Of a stretch of DNA of 64,000 nt, positions 25,946 to 38,774 are shown piece after piece (within the stretch, counting starts at the first letter, position 1; each line of letters opens with the position of its first letter). The stretch is taken from the NCBI RefSeq assembly GCF_030144855.1, contig NC_082715.1, positions 144,832,001 to 144,896,000 on the forward strand. Reading direction: 5' to 3'. The notes beneath the pieces are model-generated. The model searched no databases, had not been told where the DNA came from, and saw only the letters and a list, made by a program, of their open reading frames with translations. The translations under genes and the position numbers were made by a program. This DNA is from Hypanus sabinus. Lineage: Eukaryota.

Positions 25946-26814
25946 AAATAAACACTCACTGATTAATGAGAATATAAATTCCTGAATCCAGAGTTCCGTT
26001 GCCGACAGAGAGTTGGAATCACAAGATAAACTCCCGATGCCGAAGATCTGAGTTTTAAAAAAACACGGAATGCTCAGTGGGGGTTGGGGAATGGATCCAA
26101 TAGGTCCGGCAACTCGATAGCAAGAGAAACGGTCGGTTTCGGGTCTGCGATCCTTCGTCAGAGCTATGAGAGACTACTTCTGTGCTCCAGTCCGGAAATT
26201 TGTTCTAACCCCACCATCTAAGTTTAAAAACGGGAAGCAAAATGGCAGACTTCCACTACCAGGCTCTCCGCAGTCACCAGATGCTGATAAACCTACACCC
26301 ACACACCGCAACACCCCGAAACCAAAACTAGGAGACAGAAATCTCCCGGCACTTACTGGTTCAGATGAAGCCAGCCTGCAGAGATGCCTCCTTCGCCTCG
26401 AAACTGTTGTAGTTCCAGCCCCTGCCGAAATGTTTAAATTATTTACATCTCATCACTGCTTTCTAACTCCTTCCTTGCCAGATACTGGTACTCGACCAGC
26501 ATTTCCACATAAACACGGCGCTTTCACACTGGCGCGCCGGGAAAGGGCAACATTGGAGACCAATCATTAAAATACAGAATCAGATTCGCAATGTATTTGC
26601 GTGCAGACAGCAGTGATCGGATACATTACCCATATACATTACAGACATTAAAATGCCCCCGCAGTCTGTGGCCTAACTCCTCCAATTACCTTCTGGGACA
26701 CACAGTCATAGTAATACTTGGATGTTAAGCACCCCAACCTAATTATTATTTTTTATTTTGACGCACCGAGTAGAGGCTCTTCCTCCAAATGCCAGAGAAC
26801 TGAGTTGAACTTTG

Positions 26815-27040
26815 ACCTCTGAGTTTGACTCTGCGGAGTTTGCAAGCTCCCCCCGTGGGTTCTCTGCTTTTCTTCCTGCATCCCAAAGACGTGCGGCCTG
26901 TGAAGCCCATTACCACTATGATTTTCCTCAAAGCGTAGATGAATTGGGGATGGGTGGCGGAGAGATAACGTGAATGTGAGAAGAACAATAAAAATGGGAT
27001 TATTATAGGATTACTGTAAATCGGCAGTCGATGAGACAGA
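26815..27040 (+). mobile_element. V-SINE/HE1-like SINE fragment
   Basis: gcggagtttgca..ccccgtgggtt..cttcctgcatcccaaagacgtgcgg resembles the V-SINE core. Confidence 0.55.
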
Positions 27041-28844
27041 AACATTATCTGTTGAGCTACTCGCTTGTTTCCCTTCCACAGTACTCTTCCCACATTCTAT
27101 GTCTGTCCGGCAGGGATTAAAACTTTGCTCATAAAGCACTTAGCTCCTGGGATATCGTCGGCGTTGTTCAGACACTACTCAAAATTATCCTCTCCTCGAT
27201 GCAACTGTTCTCCCCAATCAGCAGTCTTAGTTATCCCACCAATTTAAATCTACCTCAGATCCTTGCTGTCTGTGCGAGATTTGCAGTATCTGGTGAAATT
27301 GAAACTGTATTGAAGTGTATTTTAGCGGAAGTTTATATCCGGCCGGTCCAACTTCACTCTTAACGAAGTACTATAATTAGACAAATACTGCTTTTTCTTT
27401 TGCAAACTATTTTCCTGTTCTGGGGCAAGTTAACTCCTCATTTCACTGGCTGCACAACGTTAATATTTTCTTTATTCAGGGAATTATTTGGCTACGAATG
27501 CAAAAAGAACGCAGAAGAAAATCACGGGAACTTTACCCTTTCTTGTTTTTTTCAGGATGTTTTATTTGTGCTCCGTTTCCTATCGTATCTTTTAGGAGTC
27601 CTGCAATATCTTCTCTCACCTTTCCCGCTCATTAAGAGCATCCGCTGATCTCACTAATGCCCCCATTAACCGGCACCAGAGCCATTGTCCAGAGTGTCAT
27701 TTTCCGTCTCCAAATCTACCAATCATTCCTCCAAATCCATATTCTAACTTTATCGACCCATCCTCAAATCTTCCCGTCTATTTCCAGATGTCGCCATCCT
27801 TCTCCTGAATCCCCAACCATTCACCCAACTTTCCAACCTGTCCGCAATCTCCCCTTCTCAACGAGCCTGTCGTCGTTAAGTATCCCAACCACCGCTCACT
27901 TCGTCGCTCAGCTCCTAATCTTCCCACCTCCCCCTATTCACCAATTTCTCCCATTTCGTTCCCAATTCATGTCCCGAAACATCGTATTTCGCAAGTTTGT
28001 GTTTTAGTTCAGCCTCGGTGATGTTATCGGATAAATAAAACTGTGGATGTCAGAAATAGCAGCAAACAAATAAGCGGCGATTTAAACTCCCGGTGGAACA
28101 AATAGGAATTGATTTTCGCTGCTAAGGCCGGACGGTCAAAGAGTCTGTAACTAACCAGCAATCCCACTGCCCCGACTGTCTTCCGACCGGCTGGTGGCAG
28201 AGCTGCTAGTCCAACTTACGCATCAGGGCAGCAATTAAATCTGATCGTTGGTAAGAGAAAGAAAAAGAGAGCACAGTTTAAAAATCGGGCAAATGCTATG
28301 CGGATAGAGAATGTGGTTAAAATGATGGGAGATTAATGCAAGGAATGTGTCTCAAAATTGTCTGCAACGTATCGGCAGAATAGTTGTTGCTTGATTTACG
28401 GAAACTGGTGCTGTGTATCCTTTCAAAGGTGTGAATAAAGGAAGTCTAGTAAAGCTGGTGAAATTGCAACAGTCCTGTTGCAATGCTTCTACTTATTGTA
28501 GTTCTCACGAAAGGTGTTGCTTTGTTGTTCGTCAGAGCAAGACACACATAAAGGTCACAAAACCTCAACTCTGTTTTACACCGTCCTCCGACTGCGAAAG
28601 TTCTCGCCACGGAGTGCAGAACGTTCCTGCTACCTACGAGGCTTGCTTGCAAAGTGGCTAAGAAGTGTGAAGTGTAAATGAAGGATATTTCAGCCAATTA
28701 TTTAACCCAGAGCTATGCTTCAATTCAATTTAATTCTGCTGTTATGAATTTGTCTCTTCCAGCACTTTCTCAGATCACTGGCTACCGAATCATTCATTAC
28801 TAATTTTATTATTCCCCGATTCATTAGCTTCATGGAGTGTTTGT

Positions 28845-29240
28845 AAAACGCAAACACGGGGAAATCTGCAGATGCTGGAAATTCAAGCGACACACACACA
28901 AAAAGCCGGTGGAACACAGCAGTATCTATAGGGAGAAGTACAGTTGACGTTTCGGGCCGAGACCCTTCGTCAGGACTAACTGAAAGAAGAAGTAGTTAGA
29001 GATTTGAAAGTGGGAGGGGGATATCCGAAATGATAGGACAAGACAGGAGGGGGTGGGATGAAGCTAAAAGCTGGAAAGTTGATTGGCAAAAAGGATACAG
29101 AGCTGGAGAAGGGAAAAGCTCATGGGACGGGAGGCCTAGGGAGAAAGAAAGGGGAAGGGGAGCACCAGAGGGAAATGGAGAGCAGGCAAGGAGTGATTGT
29201 TTGAGGGACAGAGAGAGAAAAAAGAGCGAGAAAAGAAGAA
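28845..29240 (-). mobile_element. Penelope pLTR-derived element
   Basis: Hammerhead core plus GA-rich body; homologous to 58016-58305. Confidence 0.8.
28942..28977 (-). ncRNA. Minimal type I hammerhead ribozyme motif, core intact
   Basis: AGUC CUGACGA AGGG UCUCGG CCC GAAA CG UC AACU. Confidence 0.75.
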
Positions 29241-29371
29241 AAAAAGGAAAAGTTAAAATAATTCTATTTTCCATAAAATAAGTTTATGGCTGCAAAAAGT
29301 ATGGCTTCGTTTTTTAAGACTGTGTCACATTTGACGCAGTTACCTTGTCTGCATATTGAAGTAGTGGTTTA

Positions 29372-30390
29372 ACGTATCACAGAAAACCTACAGCACAATA
29401 AAGGCTCTTCGGCCCACAAAGCTGTGCCGAACATGTTTTTACCTTAGAATTACCGAGGCTAACTCATAGCCCTCTATTTTTCTATGCTCCATGTATCCAT
29501 TCAGGAGGCTCTTAAAAGACCCTATCGTTTCCGCCTCTACCACCGCCATCTGCAGCCCATTCCACGTACTCACCACTCTCTGTGTAAAAAAACTTACCCC
29601 TGACATCTCCTTTGGTCCTACTTCCAAGCACCTTAAAACTATGCCCTCTCGTGTTAGCTATTTCAGCCCTGGGGAAAAGCCTCCGATTATCTATATGATC
29701 AATGTCTCTCATTATCTTGTGCACCTCTATCAGGTTACCTCTCGACCTCCGTCGCTCCAAGGAGAAAAGGCCGAGTTCCCTCAAACTATTCTCATATGTC
29801 ATGCTCCCCAATCCAGGCAACATCCTTGTAATTCTCCTCTGTACACTTTCTATGGTTTCCACGTCCTTCCTGTAGTGAGGGGACCAGAATTGAGCACAGT
29901 ACTCCAAGTGGAGTCTGATCAGAGTCCTATATAGCTGCAACATTACCCCTCGCTTCTCAAACTCAATCCCACGATTGATGAAGGCTAATGCACCGTATGC
30001 CTTCTTAACCACGGAGTCAACCTTTGTGGCAGCTTTGAGTGTCTTAAGTGACTCGGGCCCCAAGAACCCTCTGATCCTCGACGCTGCCAAGAGTCTTGCC
30101 ATTAATGTTATATTCTTCCATCATCTTTGGCCTACCAAAATGAACCACCTCCCACTTATCTGGGTTGAACTACATCTGCCACTTCTTAGCCCAGTTTTGT
30201 ATCCTATCAATGTCCCGCTGTAACCTCTGACAGCCCTCCACACTATCAAAAACACCTCCAACCTTTGTATCATCAGCAAATTTGCTAACCCATCCCTCCT
30301 CTTCCTCATCCAGGTCATTTATAAAAATCCCGAAGAGTAGGGATCCCAGAACAGATCCCTGAGGCACTCCACTGGCCACCAGCCTCCATG
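29372..30390 (-). mobile_element. CR1 LINE 3' portion
   Basis: [19 protein letters not shown]; LYRTLIRLHLEYCAQFWSPHY. Confidence 0.95.
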
Positions 30391-30590
30391 GAGACTAAAT
30401 CCCGGCTACAACCATACTTTGCTTTCTGTGGGCAAGCCAGTTCAGGATCCGCAAATCAATTTCTTTTTGGATCCCATGCCCCCTTAATTTCACAATAAGC
30501 CTTGCATGGGGTACCTTATCAAATGCCTTGCTGAAATGCATAAAGACTACGTCTACGGCTCTAATTCCATCACTATGTTTAGTCACATAT
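30391..30590 (-). mobile_element. CR1 RT fragment
   Basis: VDVVFMHFSKAFDKVPHARL. Confidence 0.85.
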
Positions 30591-31334
30591 AACCATAGAA
30601 CCATAGAACATTACAGCACAGAAAGAGGCCTTTTGGCGCTTCTTGGCTGTGCTGAACCATTTTTCTGCCTAGTCCCACTGACCTGCAACTGGACCATATC
30701 CCTCCATACACCTCTCATCCATGTACCTGTCCGAGTTTTTCTTAAATGTTAAAAGTGAGCCCACGTTTACCACTTCATCTGGCAGCTTATTCCACACTCC
30801 CACCACTCTCTGTGTGAAGAAGCCCCCCCCCCCAATGTCCCATTTAAACTTTTTCCCTTTCACACTTAAACCATGTCCTCTGTATTTTTTTCCTCCCCGA
30901 GGCTCAGTGGAAAAAGCCTGCTTGCATTCACTCTATCTATAATCATCATAATTTTATATACCTCTATCAAATCTCCCCCTCATTCTTCTACGCTCCAGGG
31001 AATAAAGTCATAACCTATTCAACCTTTCTCTGTAACTCAGTTTCTCAAGTCCCGGCAACATCATTGTAAACCTTCTCTGCACTCATTCAATCTTATTAAT
31101 ATCCTTCCTTTAATTTGGTGACCAAAACTGCTCACAATACTCCAAATTCGGCCTCACCAATGCCTTATACAACCTCACCACAACATTCCGATTCTTATAC
31201 TCAGTACTTTGATTTGTAAATGCCAATGTACCAAAAGCTCTCGCTACGACCCTATCCACCTGTGACGCCAATTTCAGGGAATTTTGTATCTGTATTCCCA
31301 GATCCCTCTGTTCTACTACACTCCTCAGTGCCCT
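30591..31334 (-). mobile_element. CR1 LINE 3' part, split by the sushi insertion
   Basis: AACCATAG tail repeats; LYKALVRPNLEYCEQFWSP; sequence continues at 36398. Confidence 0.95.
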
Positions 31335-31713
31335 TGTTGCAAGAACGTGGCGGTGGAACGAACCCAAGTGCTTAAAACGGGCGCCGAGGCCGAGTCGGGA
31401 GGCGTTACGGTCGTAGCGAGCGTGGAATTGGTGTCTTTACCCGGAGTCTTGGTCTTAGTAGAGAATTCAGGAAAGATGCTCGATTTAGAACTGATAGTCC
31501 TGAGAACCATGGAACAAGGTTACCCATACACGAGTCGACCAAACGAACTGGCGGCTCTTTGTTGTGGTCATGGGCTTCTTATACAGCATTTGCTGATGGA
31601 AAGCACGTGTTTGTGGTTAGTGGAACCTGAGAATGTTTGGAACTAAACGAAGTGGTTGAGCCAATTCCGGAGGAAAATAACCAGGTGGGAGATCGCCAGA
31701 AGGGAACACGACA
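31335..31713 (-). repeat. 3' LTR (379 bp) of a two-LTR sushi element
   Basis: TGTTGC...CGACA on plus; adjacent PPT (minus GAGGGAGGAGTAC); flanked by GCCCT. Confidence 0.95.
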
Positions 31714-34700
31714 GTACTCCTCCCTCAACGGGAGGCTCCAGGCGATCCTCCAGGCATGTCTGGATGGTCCCGATGAAAATCCCGGATGAGGGAAGGGTCT
31801 AGAATGAAGGAGCGGGGTCCCAGGAATGCTCTTCTGGACCGTTCCCTTCGCAGTCCACTAGGTATTGGAGACCCCTGCCCTGGCGGTCCACAACTAGCTG
31901 TCGTCGGACGGTGTATGCCAGATGGTTGTCCATGATACAGGCAGGTGGGGGGGGGGTCTCCTCTGGGGGAGACAAAGAGCTGACGAAACTGGCTTTAACT
32001 GAGACACATGAAAAGTTGGGTGGATGCGCGTGGACCCTAGCAGCTTTAGGCAGACCACAGTGGGATTGATAACCCTTTCGACCTTGAATGGTCCTAGGAA
32101 GCGAGGGGCGAGTTTCCTATGTTCGTTTTTGAGCGGGATGTCCTTGGAGGAAAGCCACACCGTCTGCCCAGGTTGGTACTGCGGCGCTGGAGTCCGTTGA
32201 CGGTCGGCTGTCTTCTTACTTGGATTTGTTGATCTGAGTAGGGCCGTGCGTGTTTCCTCCCAAATCTTAAGTCACCGATCAATAGGGTCCCGAACTGACG
32301 GTACCGCAATCTCCGCTTCTTGCGCGGGGAAGAGCGGGGGTTGATACCCAAGGGAGCACACGAACGGAGACCTCCCAATGGCAGAGCTTACCAAAGAGTT
32401 TTGGGCGTACTCAACCCACGGGAAGTGATCGCTCCAGGTCGATGAGTTGTTTGCCCTTACACAACGTAGCTTCGCCTTCAGGTCTTGGTTGACTCGTTTC
32501 GTCTGCCCGTTCGTCTGGGGGTGGAAGTCGGATGACAGGCTGACCGATGCACCTAAGACTTGACAGAAGGCCTTCCATATCTGCGAGACGAACTGGGGAC
32601 CTCTGTCAGAGACGATGCCCGCGGGGATTCCGTGGAGGAGGAAGACGAGGCGGAAGACGTGGCGGACGAGAAGATCTGCAGTTTCTTAAGAGGAAGGGAG
32701 TTCAGGGAGGGCAACAAACTGCACCGCCTTGGAGAATCGGTCTACCACGGTGAGGACAGAGGTGTTTCTGCAGGAAGGGGGTAGACCGGTGACGAAGTCT
32801 AGGGCGATGAGCTACCAGGGATGACAAGGGACAGGTAGAGGACGAAGTAGACGCGCAGGTGGTCGATGAGAGATGGAACACAGATGGAACAAGCCGAGAC
32901 ATAAGAGCGGGTGTCCCCCTCCATGGACAGCCACCAATAGTGCTTCCTCAGGAGAACCAGGGTCCGATCACTCCCGGAGTGGCCCGTGAACCGGGATGCG
33001 TGCCCCAGTTGGAGAACCTGACACCTGACGGAGACGGGCAGGTACAGGGGATTGCCGGGTCCATTGCCAGGATCCGGGTCGTCCGGCTGGACTTCGTTTC
33101 TCTCGATCTCCCAAGTGAGGGTGGCCACCACGCAGGCTGGAGGGAGGATAGTCTCGGGACTGGAGGTGGAATCCTTGGAGTCATGCTGGCGGGATAGCAC
33201 GTCCGGCTTCCCGTTCTTGGATCCTGGAAGGTACGTGAGGGTAAACAATGCCCAACGGGCCCGGCAGGAATTCAATCGTTTGGCGGTCTGAATATACCCC
33301 AGGTTCTTACTAGGTCCACACCACAAACGGGTGTTCTGCTCCTTCCAACCAGTGTCCCCATTTTTCCAGTGCTGATCTGACCGCCAGCAGTTCCCGATCC
33401 CCCACAGTCGGAGAGAGTAGAAGGCGCAGGGGTGAAGCTTTTCGTCCAAACTTGCCCGTTGGGATCGGACTGCTCCTACCCCGTAGTCAGAGGCGTCCGC
33501 CTCAACGATGAATTGACGGGATGGGTCCGGATGGACCAGGATGGGGGTGGGGGTGAAACGCCTCTTTAGGTCGGTGAATGCTGAGTCCGCTTCGGAGTCC
33601 AAGCAAAACGGTGTGTAGGCGAGGTAAGCCGGGTAAGGGGGGCCGCCAGTCGACTGTAGTCTCTGATGAATCTGCGGTAGAAGTTTGCAAACCCCAGGAA
33701 TTGTTGAAGTTGTTTGCGTGTCGTGGGTCTAGTCCATTCCTCCACTGCCCGGACCTTCTCGGTGTCTGCTTTTACCTGCCCGCTTTCAATGATATCGCCT
33801 AGGAAGCTGACCGAAGGGACGTGGAACTTGAATTTTTCCGCCTTTGCAAATAACTAGTTTTCCCCACAGTCTCTGGAGGACTTGACGGACATGGTGTATG
33901 TGTTCTTGGGAGCTGCTAGAAAATATCAGGTTATCGTCAAGGTAAACAAATACGAACCGATTGATAAAGTCCCTTAGTACGTCATTGATCAGGGTTTGGA
34001 AAACGGCGGGAGCATTGGTGAGGCCAAACGGCATGACCAAATACTCAAAGTGGCCCAGAGGTGTATTAAAGGCCGCCTTCCATTCGTCCCACTCCCTCAT
34101 CCTGACTAAATAGTAGGCGTTGCGAAGGTCCAGCTTTGCGAAGGTGGTGGCTCCATGCAGTGGTTCAAATACCGAACTAATGAGGGGTAGCGGGTACTTG
34201 CTCTTAACTGTTATATTATTTAGGCCTTGGTAGTCGATACAAGGGCGAAGCGTTCCGTCCTTCTTTACTACAAAAAAGAAACTGGCGCCTACCGGGAAAG
34301 ATGAATGTCTGGTAATGCCCGCCGTGAGGGAATCGTTGATGTACTTCTGCATGGCCTCTCTCTCCGGTGGGGATCGGTTAAAAAGGCGACTGGTGGGTAG
34401 CAAGGCCCCGGGGAGAAGGTCGATGGCACAATCATATGGGCGGTGCTGAGGCAGGGAAAGGGCCCGTTGTTTACTGAATACTGATCCCACGTTGTTTACT
34501 GAATACTGATCCCAGGTCAGGTATTCAGTGGGGATTTGGGACAAATCGAGAGGTTCCGGGACAGGCGGGGTCGCGGTAGCTTCCCTGGGAGATGGGGCTG
34601 ATCGCAGACAGCTGGCGTGACATGACTGGCTCCATTTGGCTATCCTCCCGGTAGACCAGTCGATGTAGGGATTGTGTCGGGTCAGCCATGGGTAACCCAG

Positions 34701-35856
34701 AACCACCGGGGCTTGAGGTGAATGAGTGATAGGATCAAGGTCAGGGGACGCATACAGTGGGTCACACGAGACAGCAGTTTTCCGTCCAGAGCCCGGGCCT
34801 CCAGGGATGTAGTTAGCGGCTCGCGAGTTATTCCATCCAGGGAGGCTATGTCGTCGTCCAGCAGATTGCCGTCGGCACCGGAATCCACTAAAGCGTATAG
34901 GGACACAGACTGCCGTTGGTAATTTACGGTCGCCGGGATCTGCAACCGAGTCTGGGGGGGGGGTTGAAGTGATTGTCGTCGGACCCATCAGAATAGTGGA
35001 GCGGGAGCTCTGCGAGGAACGGAAGGGGAGAGAGGTTAGGGCTGGTTGAAGAAGGTAGGTGAACCGTGGAATGGCCCGAGGAACGGGGTAACCGGGCTTC
35101 TCTCTCAGACGTCCTCGAAGTCGTTAATCTAATCGAATAGCTAGTGAGATCTGTGTCGTCCCTCGTGGCCAACTCATCCTTTATCTGGTCCGAGAGGCCC
35201 TGTTGTTCCGAGGGCCTCGTTATTCCACCCGAAGTCTGCGGCCAAGGTCCGGAACTCAACTGTATACCTGGCCACACTTTTGCGAAGCCTGACGAAGAGT
35301 AAGCAACCGTTACGCGGCGTCCTTACCGCGAATAGATTGTTCGAAGACTTTCCTCATTTTAGCGTTAAGGGAGGAGTAGAAGAAACAAACCTCTGGTCGG
35401 TTATCCCATATCGCGGTTGCCCAGGCTAAGGCATTCCCTCGCAGCAGCGCCATAATGTACGCGTTCTTTGATTTATCGGAAGTGTAGGTACGTGGCTGCA
35501 GCTCAAAGACTAGGAAGCATTGTAACAAGAAGGCCCGGCACCTACCTAAGTCCCCGGCGTAGGGTTCAGGTTCGGGTACATACGGCTCTCGAGGGGATGG
35601 TGTTGCTGATTTCGAGGGCGAAGCCATCCCGAGCGTTGCAGTTTGGGCAGCCGGGGTTCTTGAAGGGGACGGAGAAACAGAAGCGGTGACACGGTCCACT
35701 TGTTCACCTACCTTCAGCACATTCGTGATTAGTATCCGAAGGTTTTCCGTGATCTCCCAAAGTAGTTGGTCGTGGGCGCCGAATGGGAAGCCCAGGCTGG
35801 CCAAGGCCTGTTGTATGGAATCCGTGTCCACTGTGTTCATCGTGGCCAGTTCGTTC
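31714..35856 (-). mobile_element. Tf1/sushi chromovirus internal region (gag, PR, RT, RH, IN, chromodomain), multiply frameshifted
   Basis: gag EPEPYAGDLGRCRAFLLQC; [12 protein letters not shown]; [13 protein letters not shown]; [12 protein letters not shown]; chromodomain [16 protein letters not shown]. Confidence 0.97.
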
Positions 35857-36397
35857 CATTGCTAGGACGTGGCGTTGGAAAGAACCCAAGTGCTGAACAC
35901 GGGCGCGGAGGCCGAGTCGGGAGCCGTTACGGTCGGAGCGTGCGTGGAATTGGTTCCAAGGGAGTTTTTAACCGGAGTCTTGATCTTAGTAGATAATTGA
36001 GGAACAATACTAGACGTAGAACTGATAGTCCTGAGAACCGTGGAACGAGGTTACTCATACACGTGTCGACCAAACATTTAAGAAAAACTTGGATGAGTAT
36101 ATGGATGAGAGGGGTTTGGAGGGATATAGCCCAGGTGCAGATGAGTGGGACTAGGCAGAAAAATGGTTCAGCACAGCCAAGAAGGGCCAAAAGGCCTGTT
36201 TCTGTGCTTTAATGTTCTATGGTTCTAACTTGGCAGCGCCTTCTTGGGGTCACAGGGTTCTTACACTGCATTTGCTGATGGAATGCAGGTGCTTGTGGTT
36301 AGTGGAACCTGAGCATGATTGGAACTAAACGAGGTGATTGAGGCCCAATTCCTGAGGAAAATAACCAGGTGAGCGATCGCCAGAAGGGACCTTAACA
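35857..36397 (-). repeat. 5' LTR of the same element, with a CR1 insertion
   Basis: Aligns with 31335-31713 apart from the insert; followed by GCCCT at 36398-36402. Confidence 0.95.
36076..36227 (+). mobile_element. CR1 3' terminal fragment inside the LTR
   Basis: Reverse complement of the 30597-30750 CR1 end, with TTCTATGGTTCTA tail. Confidence 0.92.
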
Positions 36398-38770
36398 GCC
36401 CTACCATTTAGCTTGTATGCTCAACCTTGGTTTGCCCTTCCAAAGTGCAATACCTCACATTTGTCTGTAATAAACTCCATCTGCCATTTTTCAGCCCATT
36501 TTTTTCCAGCTGGTCCAAATCCCTCTGCAAGTATTGAAAACCTTACCCACTTTCCACTATACTTCCAAAAATTTGCTGATCCAATTTAGCACAGTATCTT
36601 CCAGATCATTGATATAGATGACAAATAACAATAGACCCAAAACTGATCCCTGTGGCACAACACTAGGCACAGGCATCCACTCAGAGAAGCAATCCTCCAC
36701 TATCACTCTCTGACTTCTCGCACTGAGCCAATGTCAAATCCAATTTACTATCTGACCATGTATACCTAGCGACTGAATCTTCCTAACTAACCTTTCATGC
36801 GGGACCTTGTCAAAGGCCTTACAGAAGTCAATGTCGACAACATCCACTGCCTTCCATTCATCCACTTTCCTGGTAACCTCCTCGAAAAACTCTAACAGAT
36901 TTGTTAAACATGACCTACTACGCACAAAGCCATGTTGACTCTCCCTAATAAGTCCCTGTCTATCCAAATACTTATAGATCCTGTCTCTTAATACTCCTTC
37001 CAATAATTTACCTGCGACCGACGTCAAACCTACCGGCCTATAATTTCCCGGAATACTTTTAGAACCTTTTTTAATCAAGTGAACAACAGGAGCTATCCTC
37101 CAATCCTCCAGCACCTCACCCGTAGATACCGACATTTTAAATATATCTGCCAGGGCCCCTGAAATTTCAACACTAGTCTCATTCAAGGTCCGAGGGAATA
37201 CCCAGAAAGGTCCTTGGGATTTATCTACTCTGATTTGCCTCCAGATAGCAAGCACCTCCTCCTCTTCAATCTATATTGGTTCCATGACCTCACTACTTGT
37301 TTGCCTTATTTCCATAGACTCCATGGCAGTTTCCTTAGTAAATACAGACGCAAAAAAAAAAACCATTTAAGATCTCCCCATTTCTTTTGGTTCAATACAT
37401 AGCCGACCACTCTGATCTTCAAGAGGACCAATTTTATCCCTTACTACCCTTTTGCTCTTAATATACCTGTTCAAACTCTTCGGATTATCCTTCACCTTGA
37501 CTACCAAAGCAACCTCATGTCTTCGTTTCGCCCTCCTGATTTCTTTCTTAAGTTTTTTTGCATTTTTATACTCCTCAAGCACTTCATTTGCTCCCTGTTT
37601 CGTTTACATTTCATACAGCTCTCTCTTCTTCTTTATCAGAGTTCCAATATCCCTCGAGAACCAAGCTTCCTTATTCTTATTCACTTTGCATTTAATCCTA
37701 ACAGGAACATACAAACTCTGCACTCTAAAATTTTCTCCAGGCCTCCCACTTACCAATCACATCCTTGCTAGAGAACAACCTGTCCCAGTCCATGCTTTTT
37801 AGATCCTTTCTCATTTCTTCAAATCTGACCTTTTTCCCGTTTAGATCCTCAACCCGAGGACCAGATCTATCTTTATCCATGATCAAGTTGAAACTAATGG
37901 CGTTATAAGCACTAGAATCAAAGTGTTTCCGTACACACACCTCTGTCACTTGTCCTAACTCGTTTCCTAATAGGAGAGTTAATATTGCATCCTCTCTGGT
38001 TGTTACCTCTATATGTTGATTTTGTAAACTTCCCTGAACACATTTTACAAATTCTAACCCGTCTAGACCTTTAACAGTATGGGAGTCCCAATCAATAAGT
38101 GGAAAATTAAAATCCCCTATTCTCACAACTTCATGTTTCCTGTAGTTGTCTACTATCTCTCTGCAGATTTGCTCCTCCAATTCTCACTGACTATTAGGCG
38201 GTCTATAACACAACCTCATTAATGTGATCATACTCTTCCTATTTCTCAGCTCCATCCATATGGCCTCGGTAGACAAGCCCTCTAATCTGTCCTGCCTGAG
38301 CACTGCCGTCATATTTTCCCTCGGTAGCAATGCCACCCCTCCCCACCCTTCATTTCTCTGCCTCTATCACGTCTGAAACTTCGGAACCCTGGAACATTAA
38401 GCTGCTAGTCCTGCCCCTCCGGTAGCCTAGTTTCACTAATGGCTATAATGTCGTAATTCCACGCGACGATCCATGCCCTCAGCTCGTCTGCCTTCACCAG
38501 AATACTCCTTGCATTGAAATAGACACACTTACGGAGATTATTACCACCACACACAAACCTTCTATTTGTGACTTTGCATGAATTGTTAACATAATTTATT
38601 TTCACCCCCGCTCCACTCTGCTCTGGCACTCTGGTTCCCACCCCCCATAAAAATCTAGTTTAAACCCTCATCAATAGCGCTAACAATCCTCCCTGCAATG
38701 ATGGTAGTCCCCTTCAGGTGTAACCCGTTTCTCTTGTACAGAAGAGGTCCCAATGATCCTGAAATCTGTT
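36398..38770 (-). mobile_element. CR1 LINE 5' part (APE endonuclease and RT)
   Basis: YFNARSILVKADELRAW..ISETRL; IGDFNFP; NYRPVGLTSVAGKLLE; DFCKAFDKVPH. Confidence 0.95.
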
Positions 38771-38774
38771 CTTA

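Noticed and set aside
26166-26570. 134 aa ORF in unique-looking DNA
   Set aside because: No recognisable domain or splice context.
28200-28256. J-like peptide TYASGQQLNLIV before a phase-1 GTAAG donor
   Set aside because: Lacks FGxG, and has no upstream RSS or V-like sequence. The frame is closed shortly upstream.
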